From positions 1,760,001 to 1,824,000 of the forward strand of contig OZ244239.1 in assembly GCA_965217115.1 (NCBI GenBank): DNA of 64,000 bases, read 5' to 3'. This document shows, in pieces, positions 60,314-64,000 of this stretch. The notes beneath the pieces were generated by a model. That model saw only the letters and a list, made by a program, of their open reading frames with translations. It was not told the origin of the DNA and did no database searches. Positions within the stretch are counted from its first letter, which is position 1. Each line of letters begins with the position of its first letter. The DNA is from Bdellovibrionales bacterium (GTDB taxonomy: Bacteria; Bdellovibrionota; Bdellovibrionia; Bdellovibrionales; CAYMLA01). A program made the translations under genes and the position numbers.

Positions 60314-61356
60314 TTATTTTTTCCCTACTCTTGCAGCAGTCTTTTTGGGGTCTATCTTAGTTTGAGAGTTAGTTTTCTGGTTTACTACATTACGCACAAC
60401 TCTTCCTTCTCCCTTAGCTAGATTAACTATCTTTTTTATAAGAGAAAGATCTCTAAAACGTCGTTTAGCGAGGTGTTTCCGCCCTTTTTCATATAGCTCA
60501 TCTATAATATTAGCGTCAGAGTCACGAAATCTAATCGACATATTCAGAAATTTCTCTACTTGTGCCTCTGTTGGCTTTCCATCCACAAATAATTTGAGAT
60601 TCTCTTTCAATATATGCTCCCATCCAGCATCTACTTCAACACGCTTTACACGATCGATCTCAGTTAGAGCAGGCCACTTTTTTGGTGTTGTTCCAAACTT
60701 ATCAAAGACTTTTTTTGCGAATTTTGACATTTCAGAAGAATAAAGCATGCTCCCGTGGATATCCTTAGCTAACTCACCTCCGAAGAACGAAGAAAACACT
60801 CTTTTAGCTTGCGCTATTCTCATTGTGCTGCAATACCAAACTCCTTCTCAGAATAATTCTCAGATTTCGTATTCACCATCACTTCTCCAAGTGATTTTTG
60901 CCCTTCTGCTACTAATCTATTCATAGTAAGAAAATTAGATTCACGAAAGTTATACGGCGATGTATTCAGAAATCTTCTCTTTTGTTCCATGTTTGGCCTT
61001 GTTCATCAAAAATGATCTGAGATTCTCTTTCAATATATGCTCCCACCCAGCATCTACTTCAGCACGCTTACACGATCGATCTCAGTTAGAGCGAGCCACT
61101 TTTCTGGTGTTGTTCCCAACTTACTAAAGACTTCTTGTGCAAATTCTGACATTGCAGAAGTATAAAGCGCGCTCCCGTGGATATACTTAGCTCTGTTACC
61201 TCCGAAGAACGAAGAAAATACGTTTTTAGCCTCTGCCTGATTTGTTACTAGAGCCTTGCCATATGGTATAGCAACTACACCTGGGGTGGGTTCTCCAAAT
61301 AAAGCTCCACCATAAAAGACTAATCCGAGTACAAGCAGTGATAATGTTTTTTTCAT
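60314..61356 (-). pseudogene. Frameshifted paralog of cargo B (B2)
   Basis: Two ORF fragments homologous to B1; single-base indels near 61067, 61002 and 60826. Confidence 0.75.
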
Positions 61357-61588
61357 TTTTTTTCTCCTAATAATTGGGTATCGATCTATTTCCTTGGGAG
61401 ATTAATTCTCCTAAATCTGACTAATACCGTTAATTTCTAAGGTTCTAGAGTACATATTCTATGCCATGGAGAAAATAGCTCAGACATCAATCTATCGGTA
61501 GTTGAGCTCTTTTGAGGTGTCTAGCCCCTAGCGTAGATTGTCAGTTTGGAGTTTTAAAAGAGGTTTTTCCTGGGTTCTTTTCCTTTTT

Positions 61589-61670
61589 TGTGGATGGGAA
61601 ATCGTCGCAGCCAAGAGATCCTGTGGGGATTTTGCATTTGTATGATTTGATTGATTCCAAAATATGGTGA
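61589..61670 (+). pseudogene. Duplicated kdsD 3' tail
   Basis: Third extra copy of the last ~27 codons of kdsD. Confidence 0.88.
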
Positions 61671-61690
61671 TTGATTTTGGCAGAGAAGGC

Positions 61691-61807
61691 GCTTTTTTAA
61701 TGAACCTCCATTCTTTAGTTCAGACATGCGTTTGGCAGCGGTGCTCGCCTAAGGCGAGCATCGCACCAAGCCGAACTCACTAAAGAATAAAGGTCCATGA
61801 AAAAAGC
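61691..61807. repeat. 117-bp palindromic element, copy 4
   Basis: Near-identical to the other copies; the downstream VNTR is missing. Confidence 0.9.
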
Positions 61808-61883
61808 TCTTTTTGAAAATCGCATGGGACTGGGGACAGCGGGGGGAGGGGGTAGGCGGGGGAACCGCCCAGCAAAGGACAAC

Positions 61884-61950
61884 TCTATGCTATGTGCTTA
61901 AAGGCAACATGACTCAAATTGAAAGTTTACAGACTAATGTGGGAACCGCC
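61884..61950 (-). repeat. Dispersed 50-65-bp repeat, copy c (inverted)
   Basis: Reverse complement closely matches 35003-35068; an extra GGAACCGCC end lies at 61861. Confidence 0.9.
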
Positions 61951-62012
61951 ACCCTATGGTAACTCCTTTGTGGTTTTGTTGTTTTGGTGGGGTGACTATT
62001 TTGCTAAGGATT

Positions 62013-62495
62013 TTACTTGCAAATACCTCGTCTTCTAAGGTTTACAATTTTGTTTTTAAGGATTTTAGTTGCATCAGCTATCTCCTTAACGTATTCCCTC
62101 TGCACAAAAGGAATATCTCCAAATCCGATCTGGGCAATAGGTATTGGTGAAGAATCTCGCACCTGTTCTGTAACTGTTTCTCGGCCTCGTCCGAAGTGAC
62201 GTGTTTTACGATGATAAATACCAAGCTTATAGTCCCAATAGTCCAGAAAGAGCATCTTCTCTTCCGCGGTCATGACCAACAAAAACGGATGACTTATGAG
62301 AAGAATAGGGTCAATCTTCTCAGGCAACCCGCGAGTCCATGAATAGTCAATAAAGCAATCGACAGCAAGTTGAGTCCCAGGCTGCTTACCAGCAAGGCTT
62401 CTTTTTGTGTCAGCATTTAAAGACTGAATCCTTGTACCCATTCCCGAACAAGCAACAAAACTTAAGCTCAACAAGCACAGCATAATTATTTTCAT
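62013..62495 (-). CDS. Hypothetical lipoprotein (cargo D)
   Basis: AGGAG SD, lipoprotein signal MKIIMLCLLSLSFVA-CSG. Confidence 0.8.
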   Translation of the reverse strand: MKIIMLCLLSLSFVACSGMGTRIQSLNADTKRSLAGKQPGTQLAVDCFIDYSWTRGLPEKIDPILLISHPFLLVMTAEEKMLFLDYWDYKLGIYHRKTRHFGRGRETVTEQVRDSSPIPIAQIGFGDIPFVQREYVKEIADATKILKNKIVNLRRRGICK

Positions 62496-62555
62496 AAACA
62501 AATCTCCTATTTATTTTTATTATCAATAAGTGTATCGGACTATTCTCGCTAAAGT

Positions 62556-62599
62556 TAAGCTAGACTAGACTAAGCTAAACTAAACTAAACTAAACTAAA
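62556..62599 (+). repeat. (CTAAA)n pentanucleotide microsatellite upstream of D
   Basis: CTAGA/CTAAG variants followed by CTAAA x5. Confidence 0.9.
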
Positions 62600-62634
62600 G
62601 GCGATTAAGGAGTCAGCTATTAGATAAATAGCTA

Positions 62635-62970
62635 TTAATCTATACACTCCACAAAGACCCTTTCGCCAGGTCTTATTATAACACTCTCGCCTTTATCTAA
62701 ATTAACAATACGGGTTGGCTTGCAAACAGGTAAGTGAGGATTTATATTACAAGGATCTACGATAGCTAGAACAGAGTTTCTTTTTCCGCAAGTTACTAAA
62801 GTTTCTTTTTCAATGCCTTGGAAAAAAAATGAGGGTTGTGTTAAAATAAATTTATCCTGGAAAGACGACGCGAGTTCCCTTTTATTAACCGTTTTAGATG
62901 TTGTTTTTTGCCTCACTCCAGAGCAGGCAACAAAACTTAAACTTAGCAGAGACAGGATAATTATTTTCAT
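62635..62970 (-). CDS. Hypothetical lipoprotein (cargo E)
   Basis: AAAGGA SD, lipoprotein signal MKIIILSLLSLSFVA-CSG, 4 further Cys. Confidence 0.8.
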   Translation of the reverse strand: MKIIILSLLSLSFVACSGVRQKTTSKTVNKRELASSFQDKFILTQPSFFFQGIEKETLVTCGKRNSVLAIVDPCNINPHLPVCKPTRIVNLDKGESVIIRPGERVFVECID

Positions 62971-63027
62971 AGTAAAATCCTTTCGTTTATATTAGTTAAT
63001 TGTAACAAACCTATCGGATTATTTAAG

Positions 63028-63067
63028 CTAAACTAAACTAAACTAAACTAAACTAAACTAAACTAAG
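63028..63067 (+). repeat. (CTAAA)7 microsatellite upstream of E
   Basis: Seven perfect CTAAA units followed by CTAAG. Confidence 0.92.
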
Positions 63068-63187
63068 ATTGACTCTGATAATCTTGTTTAGCTGTTTCCC
63101 AGAAAGGGTTTGGAAGTAGTGTGAAGCATTTGGAAGCCTGTGAAGCTATAAAGGCCAATGAAAATAGTGGGTTAGTGTTCTGGCGGG

Positions 63188-63275
63188 CATTGCACCAAGT
63201 CGAACTTACTAAGGTCCATTAAAAAAGCTCTTTTTGAAAATGGCATGGGTTGGGAACAGAGGAGCAGTGGGGGTC
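63188..63275 (+). repeat. Degenerate right half of the palindromic element plus start of the G-rich tract
   Basis: CATTGCACCAAGTCGAACTTACTAAGGTCCATTAAAAAAGCTCTTTTTGAAAATGGCATGGG matches 54886-54955 with substitutions and a deletion. Confidence 0.8.
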
Positions 63276-63438
63276 CAGTTAGGAAATGAGAAAATGTGGT
63301 GGAGGAGGGGGGGCTGGCAAATATAGCCATAAGTCCTAAGTTAGAGGACTATGCTTGCAGGTATTGTAAAGTTTCTCGACAATGTACTTTAGAGTAAACA
63401 GCGTCTGATTTTTTTTACAGCTTAGAATGAGAGAGAAA

Positions 63439-64000
63439 ATGAAATTATTTTACAGTGCATTTAGATCAGTCCCTATTTTTTGCCTGTTGTGTGCCGTGAA
63501 TTCCTATGGAGCGGTGATTGAGTTTCCTGATTATGAGTTGGCCCCTGAGTCAGTGCTTCCTCTGTTTGATAAAGCAGTGAGTGTCCGTGATCGGCGTATT
63601 GTGAGTAGGGGTCGAATTGAGATGGGTATCTTTTCTGGTTTTTCATTGCTTGAGTCATTCTATAGTCAATACAGTGTTGGTGTTTCGTCGAGCTATCATT
63701 TTAATGAAATCAATGCTCTTCACGCTTCTTTTTTTTACTGGATACCAGGTTTAACTGAGCAAGCTCACTCGTTAAGAGAGAGGCATAATATTTTTCTAGA
63801 AAAAGCCCCGTCTCCAGAGAGTTACTTGACCTTAGAGTATCAGCACTCATCTTTTTATGGAAAAATGAGTATTTCTAAAAACTACGTCATAAACACTCAT
63901 ATCTATGGCCTACTTGGCGGGGGAGTGCAGCTTACTGGGGAGGCAACTTATCCAACGTTTAATTTTGGTTTGGGACAAAAGCTCTATTTCTCAAAATTAT
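63439..64000 (+). CDS. Outer-membrane beta-barrel domain protein (Bdellovibrio/Myxococcales type), partial
   Basis: Hand translation: MKLFYS...IEFPDYELAPESVLPLFD..VSVRDRRI...YHFNE...FYGKMSISK...FGLGQKLYF; open to the window end. Confidence 0.8.
   Translation, partial: MKLFYSAFRSVPIFCLLCAVNSYGAVIEFPDYELAPESVLPLFDKAVSVRDRRIVSRGRIEMGIFSGFSLLESFYSQYSVGVSSSYHFNEINALHASFFYWIPGLTEQAHSLRERHNIFLEKAPSPESYLTLEYQHSSFYGKMSISKNYVINTHIYGLLGGGVQLTGEATYPTFNFGLGQKLYFSKL

Larger units (their letters stand above)
54716..63275. mobile_element. Tandem cassette array / accessory island anchored on the kdsD 3' end
   Basis: Four copies of kdsD tail + hairpin (54716, 55931, 58059, 61589) separate variable secreted cargo genes; a degenerate fifth partial copy lies near 63190. 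No recombinase in the window. Confidence 0.7.

Noticed and set aside
54818..61807. Canonical integron
   Set aside because: No intI gene, no clear RYYYAAC/GTTRRRY ends, and the cassettes carry their own repeated promoter block.
63473..63658. 61-aa minus-strand ORF
   Set aside because: Antisense to the much better supported OM beta-barrel ORF starting at 63439.

Overview
Bacterial chromosome segment, most consistent with a Bdellovibrionota (Bdellovibrio-like) predator. This is inferred from a TIGR02147-type regulator, split ComEC, alpha2-type GlyRS, an FHA-sigma54 activator and a Bdellovibrio/Myxococcales-type OM beta-barrel gene. Most of the window is housekeeping: comEC/LysM/dprA, lptF, kdsA, trxA, mreCD-mrdA-rodA, glyQS, ppdK, smc, sdaA, hisC-cmk-rpsA, an M16 peptidase pair, nrdR-nusB, folE2 and engB-kdsB-pyrG-kdsD. 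Two accessory regions stand out. (1) About 30.3-35.7 kb is an AT-rich islet. It holds secreted proteins, a PaxB/Pyr4-like membrane terpene cyclase bracketed by direct repeats, and an L,D-transpeptidase remnant. (2) About 54.7-63.3 kb is a tandem cassette array anchored on the 3' end of kdsD, with no integrase in this window. Each unit repeats a copy of the kdsD tail, a 117-nt hairpin and a G-rich 12/11-bp VNTR. Variable secreted cargo genes follow, sharing an interchangeable promoter/RBS/signal-peptide leader. This array is the best candidate for an undescribed system. No rRNA, tRNA, CRISPR array, integrase, transposase or reverse transcriptase was recognised. All product calls come from motif recognition by eye; no database searches were run.
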